33,551 nt of DNA from Thermoanaerobaculia bacterium (GTDB lineage: Bacteria > Acidobacteriota > Thermoanaerobaculia > UBA5066). Location of the stretch: NCBI GenBank assembly GCA_038245905.1, contig JBBRRY010000037.1, forward strand, positions 1-33,551. The letters are read 5' to 3'. Of the stretch, positions 17,879 to 26,920 are shown one piece after another. Every line of letters begins with the position of its first letter. The stretch's first letter is position 1. A model generated the notes under the pieces. It was not told the DNA's origin and did no database searches. It saw nothing but the letters and a program-made list of their open reading frames with translations. The position numbers and the translations under genes were made by a program.

Positions 17879-17943
17879 GCCGTGTGTGCGTCCCCTTGTT
17901 GCGTTAACATCTCGTCCCGCAACCCGGACAGAGTCTCATTTCA
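17862..17943. repeat. 16-bp direct repeat pair (candidate operator)
   Basis: ACAGAGTCTCAGTTCA at 17862-17877 and ACAGAGTCTCATTTCA at 17928-17943 (15/16 identical). Confidence 0.7.
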
Positions 17944-17958
17944 CACAGGAGGCGAAAC

Positions 17959-18180
17959 ATGAACGACGCGACCTCCCACAAGGGCCACAAGGCGGTGCTG
18001 ATTTTTCTCGTCGCGCTGTGTGCCTACTCGACGCTGCCCGTCTTCGGGATCGGCTTCTACCGGAACGGCTCGAACCAGCTGTTCTTCCAGCTCTGGTACC
18101 TCGTCGGCTTCATGATCATCGCGTTCTTCCTGATGCACGAGCTCATCACGCCGCTGCCGCCGAAGGCGGAGGAGGAGTAA
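17959..18180 (+). CDS. Small 2-TM hypothetical protein divergent from oxidase operon
   Basis: SD AGGAGG (17947-17952), GC3-rich codons, two hydrophobic helices, N-terminal HKGH. Confidence 0.75.
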   Translation: MNDATSHKGHKAVLIFLVALCAYSTLPVFGIGFYRNGSNQLFFQLWYLVGFMIIAFFLMHELITPLPPKAEEE

Positions 18181-18190
18181 GCAGCCCCAG

Positions 18191-18496
18191 TCAGGGCGTG
18201 ACCCGCCTGGGTCTCTTCCCATAACGGCCGATGTCGTCGTGCTTGACGATGTCGAGGAAGAAAACGGTCCCGCCTTCGAAACGGAAGGTCACACGGTCAC
18301 CGCTATTGATGCGCGCTTCGAAGTAGTACTTCTCGGGCTGGATCGGCTTCACCCGAAGGCCTGACGAGAACTCCCTCTTGATGAGCGCCATCGCAGTCTG
18401 GTCGCAGAGTCGCTGGCGATCGCCGCTAAGGGCCGCGTATGCCTGCTTCCAATCCTCGGACCAAACGGCCTGGAGAAAAGTCTGCTTGCCGGCCAC
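18191..18496 (-). CDS. RelE/ParE-superfamily-like toxin (type II TA)
   Basis: 101 aa, basic; WSEDWKQAY...FEARINSGDRVTF...FLDIVKHDDI fits a RelE-fold pattern; 4 nt downstream of an AbrB-type gene. Confidence 0.6.
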   Translation of the reverse strand: MAGKQTFLQAVWSEDWKQAYAALSGDRQRLCDQTAMALIKREFSSGLRVKPIQPEKYYFEARINSGDRVTFRFEGGTVFFLDIVKHDDIGRYGKRPRRVTP

Positions 18497-18500
18497 GCTC

Positions 18501-18812
18501 TTACTTGCGCCGCACTCCGGGGCGCCTCTTCAGTCCGTCCAGGAACGCCTTCGCTTCTTCGGGAGTCCTCGTCGTTGCGGCTCCGCCCGCCGCCAGGCTC
18601 GCCTCGGCCTTCCTGATTCGCTCCTGCATTTTGGGGTGGTAGAACCAGAGCTGGTCCTTGGGGATGAGAGCCGCGGGCACGAGCTCGAACGTTCCGCGCT
18701 CGGTCCGCTCGAGAATGATGAGGTCACCGGCCTCGACGCCGAGGGCCGTGCGGACATCTTCGGGCAGAGTTGCCCGTCCCTTCTTGTCCAGTGTGACGAA
18801 TGCCGAGCTCAT
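18501..18812 (-). CDS. AbrB/MazE/SpoVT-family antitoxin
   Basis: VTLDKKGRATLPEDVRTALGVEAGDLI swapped-hairpin signature; C-terminal DQLWF...QERIRKAEASLAAG. Confidence 0.85.
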   Translation of the reverse strand: MSSAFVTLDKKGRATLPEDVRTALGVEAGDLIILERTERGTFELVPAALIPKDQLWFYHPKMQERIRKAEASLAAGGAATTRTPEEAKAFLDGLKRRPGVRRK

Positions 18813-18821
18813 CGAAAACCC

Positions 18822-18853
18822 CTATGGACCCTCAGGCCCATAGTGGGACTATA
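18822..18853 (-). promoter_or_regulatory. TA promoter/operator with overlapping inverted repeats
   Basis: -10 TATAGT (minus, 18853-18848); inverted repeats CTATGG-N10-CCATAG (18822-18843), CCCA-TAG-TGGG (18837-18847) and ATAGT-GGG-ACTAT (18840-18852). Confidence 0.55.
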
Positions 18854-18856
18854 CCG

Positions 18857-21800
18857 CTAGTCGAACCGCACGCTGACGAGCTTCGAGACCCCGGGCTCCT
18901 CCTGCGTGACGCCGTAGAGGGCCTGAGCGGTCTCCATCGTCCTCTTGTTGTGCGTGATGAGGACGAACTGAGTCTCTTCCGAGAGCTCCACGAGGAGCGA
19001 CGTGAAGCGGTCGATGTTCGCCTCGTCGAGCGGGGCGTCGACCTCGTCGAGGATGCAGAACGGCGACGGCTTGTACTTGAAGATCGCGACGAGGAGGGCG
19101 ATCGCCGTGAGCGCTTTTTCGCCGCCCGAGAGGAGCCCGATCGTCTGGTTTCGCTTGCCGGGGGGCTGCGCCATGATCTCGAGGCCGGAGTCGAGCGGAT
19201 CTCCCTCGTCCAGGAGATGCATCGAGGCCGTGCCGCCGTGAAACAGGCGCTGGAACACCTGGCCGAAGTTGAAGTTCACGGAGGCGAACGCCTCCTGGAA
19301 GCGCTCCGACGACGTGAGGTTGATCGTCTTGATCGTCTCGAGAATCTGGGCTAGCGATTCCTCGAGGTCGACCTTCTGTCCGGACAGCTCCTCGAACCGC
19401 TTGCTCTCGACCTCGTATTCCTCGAGGGCGGCGTGGTTGACGGGGCCGAGCCGCTCGAGTGCGAGAGAGCGCGTCGTCACGTCCTCCGAGAGGACCGCTT
19501 CGAAGTCTTCCTCTTTCATCTCTCGCTCGGCCTCGTTGCGCTCGAGGGCGGGTAGCTCGCCCGGCTGACAGCCGAACTCGTTCCGGCACTGCTCCACGAG
19601 GTGATCCTGATCGGCCTTGCGACGCTCGAGGCCGAGCTCGGCCTCGAAACGCGTCCGCCGAGCGGCGTCGAGGGCCTCGCGCGAGGCGACGGCAGCGGCC
19701 TCGGCGGCGGCGCGCGTGCCGCGGCGGGCGTCGGCCGTCTGGTCGGCTGCGGCCCGAAGGCGCTCCGCCCCGGTTGCGGCGATCGTGGCGGCGGCCTCGG
19801 CGGCCCGGGAGGCCTCTCCCGCCGTGAGAGCCTGCTGGCGGCGGGTCCCGACCTCGACGAGCGCGTCCGCGAGCTCCGCGACCCGGCGGGCCGCGTCCCG
19901 GGCGCGTCCCTCCGCGGCCGACGAAGCGAAGGCGAGGGAGGAGGCGCGTTCCACGAGCACGTCCCGCGCGTTGCGCGCGACCGCGTCGGCTTCCGCGGTC
20001 GCGAGACGCGCCGCGCGCGCCCCGTCGAGGGCGGTCTCGAGCTCCGACAGCGTCCGTTCCACGGTCGCCATCTCGGCCTGGCGCTGGGCAGCGAGGCGCT
20101 GGGCCTCGTGACGGCTCTCGCCGGCCTTCGCGAGATCCTGCCTCAGCGCGTTGTCTTCCTCGCCGAGGACGCGCCGTTCCAAAGCCGCCCGCTCTTCCTC
20201 GGTGCGGGCGGCGGCCGTCTTCGTCTCGGCTTCCGAGTGCGCGCGCTCGGCCGTGCGACTCCTCGCGAGAGCCGCGTCGAGTGTCGTGGCGAATGTTCCG
20301 ACCTGCTCCGCGAGTGAGGCGATCTCGGTCTCCGCCCCGGTGCGCTTCGCGGCGATTCCGTCACGCTCGGCGGCAAGCGTCCTGAGGTCGCGTCTCACCG
20401 TGAACAGGCCCTCGCTCGGAACCTCGGTGCCCGCGGCTTCGACAACGGCGCCGCGAACGACGACGCCGTCCGTCGTCACGAGCGTGCGCTCGGGATGGAG
20501 GGCCGCGAGCGCGAGAGCGTCGTCCACGTTCGCGACGACGACGGCGTCGGGCAGCGCGGAGGACGGCGCCCCGGCGGACTTCGCGGCGAGCAGCTCGCGC
20601 GCGATCCCAAGAACGCGCGGGTCCTTCGGCTTCAGGGGAAACGGCGTCTCCCGGAGCGGGTGGACGAAGCGCGCGGCGCCGAGCTTCTTCTCGCGCACGG
20701 ACGCCAGGGCGGCGTCGAGAGCGGCGCGGGTTTCGAGGACCGGCGCCTCGAGGGCGGCGCCGAGCGCGGCATCGAGGGCCTTCTCGAAGCCCGCGGCGGC
20801 ATCGAAGTGGTCCGCGAGAACGCCGTGCGGCGTGAGGCCCGCGGCCTCGAGCGCGCGGCGCGCGGATTCACCTCCGGCCTCGCGCGCGACGAGAGTCGTT
20901 TCGAGGGCGGCGGCGCGGACGTCCACGGCATGGAGAGCCGCGACGTGAGCCTCGCGGAGAGCCTTGAGCGTCGCGAGGCGGTCCTCGGCGGCGCGGCGGC
21001 CGTGACTCGCCTCTTCGAGGTGCCGCCGCGCCTGCTCGAGGCCCAGAGAAGCCGCGTTCAGAAGCGCGCCGGCTTCGGCGGACGCCTTCTGGCGCTCGTC
21101 GACGAGCGCCGTGGCGCGCGCGCCGCGTTCCTCGAGCTTCGCGAGCGCGAATCCGAGCCGGTCGACGAGGAGAGCGGCCTCGCGTTCGCGGTTCGTGGCT
21201 TCGGCCGAACGCCCCCCGGCCGCGAGAAGATCACGGCGCGAAGCCTCGCGCCGCCCCGTCACGTCGGTTTCGCGCGCGGAGGCTTCGGCGAGGGCCTGCG
21301 CCGCGACGGTGACCGCGGCCGCGGCCTCGGCGAGCGCGGCTTGCGCCTCGTCCCGGGCCTTCAGGGTGCGGCCGGCCTCTTCGACGTACCGGCCGTGATC
21401 CGCTTCCGATTCCTTCCGCTGCCCCTCGAGCAGCTCCTGGCGCGCGAGCGCCTCCTCGGCATCGCGCGCGGCGGCCGCGACAGCGGCGACCGCGGCAAAA
21501 GCAGTCTCGCGCGCGCGGCCGAGGGCATCGCCCGCCTCGCGGACAGCGTGCTCCTCCTCGTCGGCGAGGCGGCGCGCCTCGACGAGCCCGGCCTCGAGGC
21601 GAGAGAGGTCGGACAGGGCCGTGGCCTCTGCATCCGTCGCTTTTGCGAGTGCCGATTCGCCCCCCAGGAAGCCCGCCTGGAGCCGGTCTGTCCGCAGACG
21701 CGCGAGCCGCTTCTTCTGAACAGAGAGGACGTCGGCCTGCTCCTTCCAGCGCGCGGCACGCGAGGCCTGGCGCTTCAGCGAGGTGCAGTTGCGGTCGATC

Positions 21801-22396
21801 TCCGAAACGATGTCCGTGAGGCGCAGGAGGTTCCCGCGCGTCTCCTCGAGCTTCACTTCGGCCTGGCGCTTTCGGATCTTGTACTTCGAGACTCCCGCCG
21901 CTTCCTCGATGAGCCGGCGGCGGTCCTGCGGCTTCGTGGAGAGGATGAGATCGATCTTCTGCTGCTCGATGATCGAATACGCCCGCACGCCGAGGCCCGT
22001 GCCGGTCAGGATCTCCTGCACGTCCTTGAGGCGAGACTTCCTTCCGTTGACGATGTAGTCGCTCTCGCCGTCGCGCGTCACGCGCCTCGTGAGGACGAGC
22101 TCCCCGCCGCTGTCGGCCCATTGGTCGCCGCCGCGGGACTCGAGCGTGATGGCGACCTCCGCCATGCCGAGGGGGCGCCGGTGCGCCGCCCCGTTGAAGA
22201 TTACGTCCTCCATCGTCGTGCCGCGCAGGCTCTTCGCCGACTGCTCGCCGAGGACCCACTGCACCGCGTCGCAGATGTTCGACTTGCCCGAGCCGTTGGG
22301 GCCGACGATCGCCGTGATGCGCGACGGCAGCGTCACCGACGTGCGGTCCACGAACGATTTGAAGCCCTGGATCTCGAGTTTCTTCAGTCGAAACAT
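18857..22396 (-). CDS. smc: Chromosome partition protein SMC
   Basis: MFRLKKLEIQGFKSF, Walker A GPNGSGKSN, long coiled coils, hinge, LSGGEK, ILDEVDAPLD, THNK. Start ATG 22396. Confidence 0.95.
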   Translation of the reverse strand: MFRLKKLEIQGFKSFVDRTSVTLPSRITAIVGPNGSGKSNICDAVQWVLGEQSAKSLRGTTMEDVIFNGAAHRRPLGMAEVAITLESRGGDQWADSGGELVLTRRVTRDGESDYIVNGRKSRLKDVQEILTGTGLGVRAYSIIEQQKIDLILSTKPQDRRRLIEEAAGVSKYKIRKRQAEVKLEETRGNLLRLTDIVSEIDRNCTSLKRQASRAARWKEQADVLSVQKKRLARLRTDRLQAGFLGGESALAKATDAEATALSDLSRLEAGLVEARRLADEEEHAVREAGDALGRARETAFAAVAAVAAAARDAEEALARQELLEGQRKESEADHGRYVEEAGRTLKARDEAQAALAEAAAAVTVAAQALAEASARETDVTGRREASRRDLLAAGGRSAEATNREREAALLVDRLGFALAKLEERGARATALVDERQKASAEAGALLNAASLGLEQARRHLEEASHGRRAAEDRLATLKALREAHVAALHAVDVRAAALETTLVAREAGGESARRALEAAGLTPHGVLADHFDAAAGFEKALDAALGAALEAPVLETRAALDAALASVREKKLGAARFVHPLRETPFPLKPKDPRVLGIARELLAAKSAGAPSSALPDAVVVANVDDALALAALHPERTLVTTDGVVVRGAVVEAAGTEVPSEGLFTVRRDLRTLAAERDGIAAKRTGAETEIASLAEQVGTFATTLDAALARSRTAERAHSEAETKTAAARTEEERAALERRVLGEEDNALRQDLAKAGESRHEAQRLAAQRQAEMATVERTLSELETALDGARAARLATAEADAVARNARDVLVERASSLAFASSAAEGRARDAARRVAELADALVEVGTRRQQALTAGEASRAAEAAATIAATGAERLRAAADQTADARRGTRAAAEAAAVASREALDAARRTRFEAELGLERRKADQDHLVEQCRNEFGCQPGELPALERNEAEREMKEEDFEAVLSEDVTTRSLALERLGPVNHAALEEYEVESKRFEELSGQKVDLEESLAQILETIKTINLTSSERFQEAFASVNFNFGQVFQRLFHGGTASMHLLDEGDPLDSGLEIMAQPPGKRNQTIGLLSGGEKALTAIALLVAIFKYKPSPFCILDEVDAPLDEANIDRFTSLLVELSEETQFVLITHNKRTMETAQALYGVTQEEPGVSKLVSVRFD

Positions 22397-22415
22397 GAAC
22401 GCTCCGAGCCTACCA

Positions 22416-23402
22416 CTACATTTTGAGGTGTCGCCTGCCCGTGGACTCAACCGGATGGGGTTTCGGGGCCGATCGGGGCGCCGTATCGAGAGCCTTAAGG
22501 AGACCTGATCGCGAGCTCACTCCGAGCTTCGAGAAGACGTGCTTGAGGTGATCTTTCACGGTCCATTCCGTGATGAAGAGGCGGCTCGCGATCTCGGCGT
22601 TTCGAAGGCCCTCGAGCACGGCCCCGACGACCTCGGCCTCGCGGCCGGACACGCCGCGTGTCGCGAGCCTCTCCTTCACGTCCTCGTGGGAGAGCGCGGA
22701 CTGGATTCTCAGCGTGAGCACCGCGACGTCGTCCTCTTCGTCGTCGGCGAAGCGCGCGACGGAGGCCTCGAGCGCGCGGCCGTCGGCGAGGGTCGCGCGC
22801 CGCTTTTCGCCCGCGGCGGCCGTCGCGCCGAGGCGCGCGATCCACGCCGGGAGGAAGGCTTCGCGGCCGTCTTCCGGGAGGACGACGAGCGGCTGGCGCG
22901 CCGACAGGAGCGCCGCGGCGGCGCGGTTCGCGTAGAGCACGGAGCCCGATGGCCTTACGAGGAGAATAGGAGTGGACGCGGCCTCGGCGGCGCTCTCGAG
23001 CCGGCGGCGCGCGGCGGCGTGAATCTCCGCGGCGGCCGCGCTCTCGAGGAGCTGGGTGAGGAGAGGCCGGAGAACCTCGAAGCGCAGGATCTCGGGCTCT
23101 GTCCACGGCCGGCGCGGTCCGCGGATCATCGTGAGCGTTCCGTTCAGAAGTCCGGTCACGTGGAATTCGACGGCGAGGGCCTCCGCCGGGCCGGGCCTCC
23201 GCCGGGCCGGGCGTGTCATGCCCGCCGAGAACACGCGGCTGCCGACGGCTCGCCACCGGAAGCGTTGCCCGGAAGGCTCGAAAAGGTACTCCATCTCGAC
23301 CGAGTCCGGGTCGAGGACCGAACGCACGGTGCCGACGATGCGTGTCAGCGTCGCAGTGTGGCGCCCCCGGAAGGGGGGGCCGTCGAGCGGGGAAACCGGC
23401 AT
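22416..23402 (-). CDS. LuxR-family HTH regulator with PAS-like segment
   Basis: VSGREAEVV...GLRNAEIASRLFITEWTVKDHLKHVFSKLGVSSR; PAS-like ILLVRPSGSVLYANRAA. Start uncertain; ATG 23402 lies downstream of TACAAT (23432-23427). Confidence 0.8.
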   Translation of the reverse strand: MPVSPLDGPPFRGRHTATLTRIVGTVRSVLDPDSVEMEYLFEPSGQRFRWRAVGSRVFSAGMTRPARRRPGPAEALAVEFHVTGLLNGTLTMIRGPRRPWTEPEILRFEVLRPLLTQLLESAAAAEIHAAARRRLESAAEAASTPILLVRPSGSVLYANRAAAALLSARQPLVVLPEDGREAFLPAWIARLGATAAAGEKRRATLADGRALEASVARFADDEEDDVAVLTLRIQSALSHEDVKERLATRGVSGREAEVVGAVLEGLRNAEIASRLFITEWTVKDHLKHVFSKLGVSSRSGLLKALDTAPRSAPKPHPVESTGRRHLKM

Positions 23403-23557
23403 GGGTGGCGCTCTGCCCTCGTTCTTATTGTATGCGTTCCGGGTCCTCGGCCCGTCGTCGTTCATTTTGTGTTGACGCCGGGCGGACAGCCCGCGGGGTG
23501 CGTGATAGGCTCATGTCTGTTCAGGAAACTGTCTCCCTCCCGCGGAGGATCCGTTCC

Positions 23558-25477
23558 ATGTTGAGTTTTGAAGTCCGCAAGAGCGGCGGCGAATCGGAAG
23601 TTCGCAAGGTCCATCGGGATGTCATCCACATTGGCGCTTCGACGGGAAATGATCTCGTTGTGCGCGCTCGAGGTGTTCTCGGCCGGCACGCGCGGATTTC
23701 GGTGACGGGCGAAGAGCTGCGCCTCGAGGTCCTCGGCAGCGCGCCGGGATCCGACGTCACGCTGAACGGCTCGGTCGTCAAGTCCGCCGCCCTCGCGGCG
23801 GGAGACCGGATCGCCATCGGCGAAGCCACGATCACCCTCTTGAACGGCCCGGCGCCGAACCCTCACCGGATGGCCGCTCCGCCCCCTCGCGGGCGTGATG
23901 CTCTGTCGCTCGCGGCGGCGGCGCTCGCACCCCTCGCCTCAGTCCCCGCTTCGTTCGCGGCCTCTCAACCGGTCGCGGTCGCCGTGCGTCCCCTCGCGAT
24001 TCCGGGTCCCCGTCCCGCCGCGACTCCTGCGGAAAGCTCTCAACGCCCGGAGGATCGCCCGGTCTCGGACCCGTGGTCCGGTTTCTTCGAGTGCCTCCAC
24101 CGTCCGGTCCCATTCGAGGATCTGCTTCAGGAGATCACGGCCTACGTCGCGTCCTCGACGCCCATCCACAGCCTCGCTTTCGTCTCGCTTCTTCCTCCGA
24201 ACGAGGGCGAGGCGATCGCCGCGCTCTGGAAGGGGACTCTTCCGCGCCTGTCGGCGCGGACGCTCGCGGAGGCGCGTGGGAAGTTCTCGTCCTGGGAGAC
24301 GCTCGAAGCGGGCGCCCGCCTGCGCGTCTTTCCGGTCCCGCGGCCGGGCGGCGATCCGGTTGGCCTCCTCCTCGTGCCGGCCGAGACCGTGACCGATCCG
24401 GCCCTCCTCGACTTCATCGCGCACGCCGCGGCCGCTGTTGGCTTCGTGCACGGCGAAAGGAGCGAGGCGGCGTTCGGCGAGCGGGGAGCCTCCTCCGCGC
24501 CCGCGCCCGCCGGTGTCTCGCTGGAGGATCCGCTCTCCCGTCTGGTCGGCGGCTCCCTGCCTCTGTCGAATCTCAAGGCCTCCCTTTCACGGGTCGCGTC
24601 GGCGCGGGCACCTATTCTTCTGGTGGGCGACGTCGGCAGCGGAAAGACGCTGGTAGCCGAGACGCTTCACGCCCTTTCCCCGCGTCGCGGGCGGCCGTTC
24701 GTGCGCGTCGCCGCCACCGCGGCCAGCCCGCAGGCGCTCGAGGAGGACCTCATCGGCATCGCCGCGATCGCGGGCGACCGGCGCAAGCGGACCGGGCGCC
24801 TCTTCGAGGCCGACGGCGGCACGCTTCTCGTCGAAGAGGTGGGGGACCTGCCGGCACCCACGCAGGCGCTGCTGTTTCGTCTCCTCGAGGCGCGGGAGGT
24901 CACGGCACCCGGCGGACGCACGGTTCCGGTCGACGTGCGCGTCATCGGAACGACCTCTCGCCCGCTGACCCGTGCGGTCGAGGACGGCGCGTTCCGTGAC
25001 GACCTCTACTTCCGCATTTCGGCGCTCACCCTCCGGATCCCCCCGCTCAAGGACCGCAAGGAAGACCTGCCGGCTCTTCTCGACGAGCTCGCGGTCCGCC
25101 ACGGCGGTCCGGCCGCGGAGCAGTTCGACGTCGAGGCGATGAATGCGCTCCTCAACTATCCGTATCCCGGCAACGTGCGTGAGCTCGAGAACGAGGTCCG
25201 CCGGCTGGCCGCACAGGTCGGCGCGGGCGCCATCACGCTTGCCGACCTCGACCAGAAATTCTCGGGCGAGCACGTCGAGCTCGCGCTCAAGGAGAGCGAC
25301 GACCTCAAAGAGATCGTCGAGAAGGTCGAGCGCCAGGTCATCGAGCGCGTCATGCGCAAGGTACGCGGCAACCAGTCCCTCGGCGCCCGGCTCCTCAACG
25401 TCTCGCGCGGCAGCCTCATCGCGAAGATGAAGGAGTACGACATCAAGGACTTCCGCTACCTGAAGCGCGGAGACTGA
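23558..25477 (+). CDS. FHA-like / AAA+ / Fis-HTH enhancer-binding-protein homolog (degenerate)
   Basis: ATG 23558 after GGAGGA; GDVGSGKT, ADGGTLLVEEV, FRDDLYFRI, YPGNVRELEN, HTH GNQSLGARLLNVSR; no GAFTGA. Confidence 0.85.
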   Translation: MLSFEVRKSGGESEVRKVHRDVIHIGASTGNDLVVRARGVLGRHARISVTGEELRLEVLGSAPGSDVTLNGSVVKSAALAAGDRIAIGEATITLLNGPAPNPHRMAAPPPRGRDALSLAAAALAPLASVPASFAASQPVAVAVRPLAIPGPRPAATPAESSQRPEDRPVSDPWSGFFECLHRPVPFEDLLQEITAYVASSTPIHSLAFVSLLPPNEGEAIAALWKGTLPRLSARTLAEARGKFSSWETLEAGARLRVFPVPRPGGDPVGLLLVPAETVTDPALLDFIAHAAAAVGFVHGERSEAAFGERGASSAPAPAGVSLEDPLSRLVGGSLPLSNLKASLSRVASARAPILLVGDVGSGKTLVAETLHALSPRRGRPFVRVAATAASPQALEEDLIGIAAIAGDRRKRTGRLFEADGGTLLVEEVGDLPAPTQALLFRLLEAREVTAPGGRTVPVDVRVIGTTSRPLTRAVEDGAFRDDLYFRISALTLRIPPLKDRKEDLPALLDELAVRHGGPAAEQFDVEAMNALLNYPYPGNVRELENEVRRLAAQVGAGAITLADLDQKFSGEHVELALKESDDLKEIVEKVERQVIERVMRKVRGNQSLGARLLNVSRGSLIAKMKEYDIKDFRYLKRGD

Positions 25478-25522
25478 CGGCCCGCCCGAGTGATGCGGCC
25501 GGAGTCCCGCTAGACTCAGGCC

Positions 25523-26902
25523 GTGTCCGATCCCGAGAGCCGGGCCTTCCGGCGCTCCCTGACCCTCGTGCTCGCGATCCTGGGCCTGCTGACGGCGGGC
25601 GCGGTCGTGCTCTTCGGGCATCTCCTCTTCAAGTCGCTCTCCAGGGACGTCGTCAACGACGCGATCCTTCACACGAAGCTTGACGCGGAGCGCCTCGCGC
25701 GCGGTATCGCCGAGCGCTCGTCCGGCGACCCATACGTGTTGAAGCTGAAACAGACGGAGATCGACCGGCTCGTAACGTCTGGTCTGTCCGAGCGGCAGAT
25801 CCTCACGGAGGTCGAGGTCCTCGACAGCGCGAGAAAGGAAGTCCTCTACGCTTACCGGGGCACTCTCACCGTTCCCGACCGAAAGGCCCAACCCGGCGTC
25901 GAGGGACCGAAGGTCCTCGACATGAAGCCGGTGGAACCCGGGACGAGCGCCCGCATTTCCACGCTCGAGGCCCCCGAGCAGGATCCCTTCAACATGGAGG
26001 TCAACGTCGGAGACTTCGCCGTGCTGCGCTTCGGCGTCTCCCGCCGCGTCCTTGCCGAACGGGTCGAGAAGCTGCGCCGGGAGCTGTACGTGAAGACGTT
26101 CGCCGCCGCGATCGTGTCTCTCCTCGGAATCCTCGCGGCCTCCGCGGCCGTCATCCTCCTGTACCGGCGCACGCGGCGCTTCGAGGCGGCGCACTTCGAG
26201 GCCGAGCGCCGCGCCGAGCTGGGAGAGGTGGCGGCCGGGCTCGCGCACGAGATCCGGAATCCGCTGAACGCGATGGGGCTCAATCTGGAGCTCCTCGAGG
26301 AGAATCTCGCGCAAAGCGGCACAGGCGCGCGTGGCGCCGCCACGGTGTCGGCGGTGGAGCTCGCGCAGGCGGCACGCGTCGAGACGAGCCGCCTCGCCCG
26401 GCTCCTGACGGACTTCCTCTCTTACGCGCGCCCCTCGCCGCTCAGTCCTGTCCCCGCTGACCTGAACGACGCTGCCGGTGAGGCCGTTGCTTTTCTCCAG
26501 CCCGAGGCCGGGCGCCGCCACATCCGGCTCACGTTTGCACCGCAGCCGGGGGGCGCCCCCGCGCGTCTGGACCCGTCGCGCGTGCGGCAGGTCGTTCTCA
26601 ACCTAGTTGGCAACGCGCTCGATGCCGTCGAGGCGGAGGGCGCCGCGGCGCTTGAAGTCGAGACGCGTGTCGAAGACGCGGGACGCTTCTGGCGCCTCAC
26701 GGTCGAAGACCGCGGGCCCGGCGTGCCGGCGGCGAGGACGGCCGACCTCTTCAAGCTCTTCGTGTCGACGAAGCCCGCGGGGACGGGCCTCGGTCTCCCG
26801 ATCGCCGAGCGCATCGTGAAGGCGCACGGCGGGACGCTGGCGCTTTCCTCGTCTCCCGGCGAGCCAACCCGCGCGGTCGCGACGTTTCCGAAGGGAGCCT
26901 GA
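25523..26902 (+). CDS. Membrane sensor histidine kinase
   Basis: Two TM flanking a periplasmic domain; H-box LAHEIRNPL, N-box NLVGNA, DRGPG, F-box, GTGLGL. Confidence 0.92.
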   Translation: MSDPESRAFRRSLTLVLAILGLLTAGAVVLFGHLLFKSLSRDVVNDAILHTKLDAERLARGIAERSSGDPYVLKLKQTEIDRLVTSGLSERQILTEVEVLDSARKEVLYAYRGTLTVPDRKAQPGVEGPKVLDMKPVEPGTSARISTLEAPEQDPFNMEVNVGDFAVLRFGVSRRVLAERVEKLRRELYVKTFAAAIVSLLGILAASAAVILLYRRTRRFEAAHFEAERRAELGEVAAGLAHEIRNPLNAMGLNLELLEENLAQSGTGARGAATVSAVELAQAARVETSRLARLLTDFLSYARPSPLSPVPADLNDAAGEAVAFLQPEAGRRHIRLTFAPQPGGAPARLDPSRVRQVVLNLVGNALDAVEAEGAAALEVETRVEDAGRFWRLTVEDRGPGVPAARTADLFKLFVSTKPAGTGLGLPIAERIVKAHGGTLALSSSPGEPTRAVATFPKGA

Positions 26903-26920
26903 GCGACCGGATCGCCGGCG

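Noticed and set aside
18181-18860. TA unit as part of a mobile element, or smc as a Wadjet/MksB defence gene
   Set aside because: No integrase, transposase, terminal repeats or target duplication seen; smc looks like the housekeeping type with no jet/mks partners.
23213-23557. Extended N-terminus of the AAA+ regulator (754-aa ORF)
   Set aside because: Overlaps the divergent LuxR gene and promoter region; the SD-supported ATG at 23558 begins right at the FHA-like domain.
23403-23557. Sigma54 (-24/-12) promoter near the enhancer-binding homolog
   Set aside because: No convincing TGGCAC-N5-TTGC found; only sigma70-like hexamers (TACAAT on minus, TG-A-TAGGCT on plus).
26903-26920. Short GCGA-CCGGA-TCGC hairpin between convergent genes as a terminator
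   Set aside because: Only a 4-bp stem and no U-tract on either strand.
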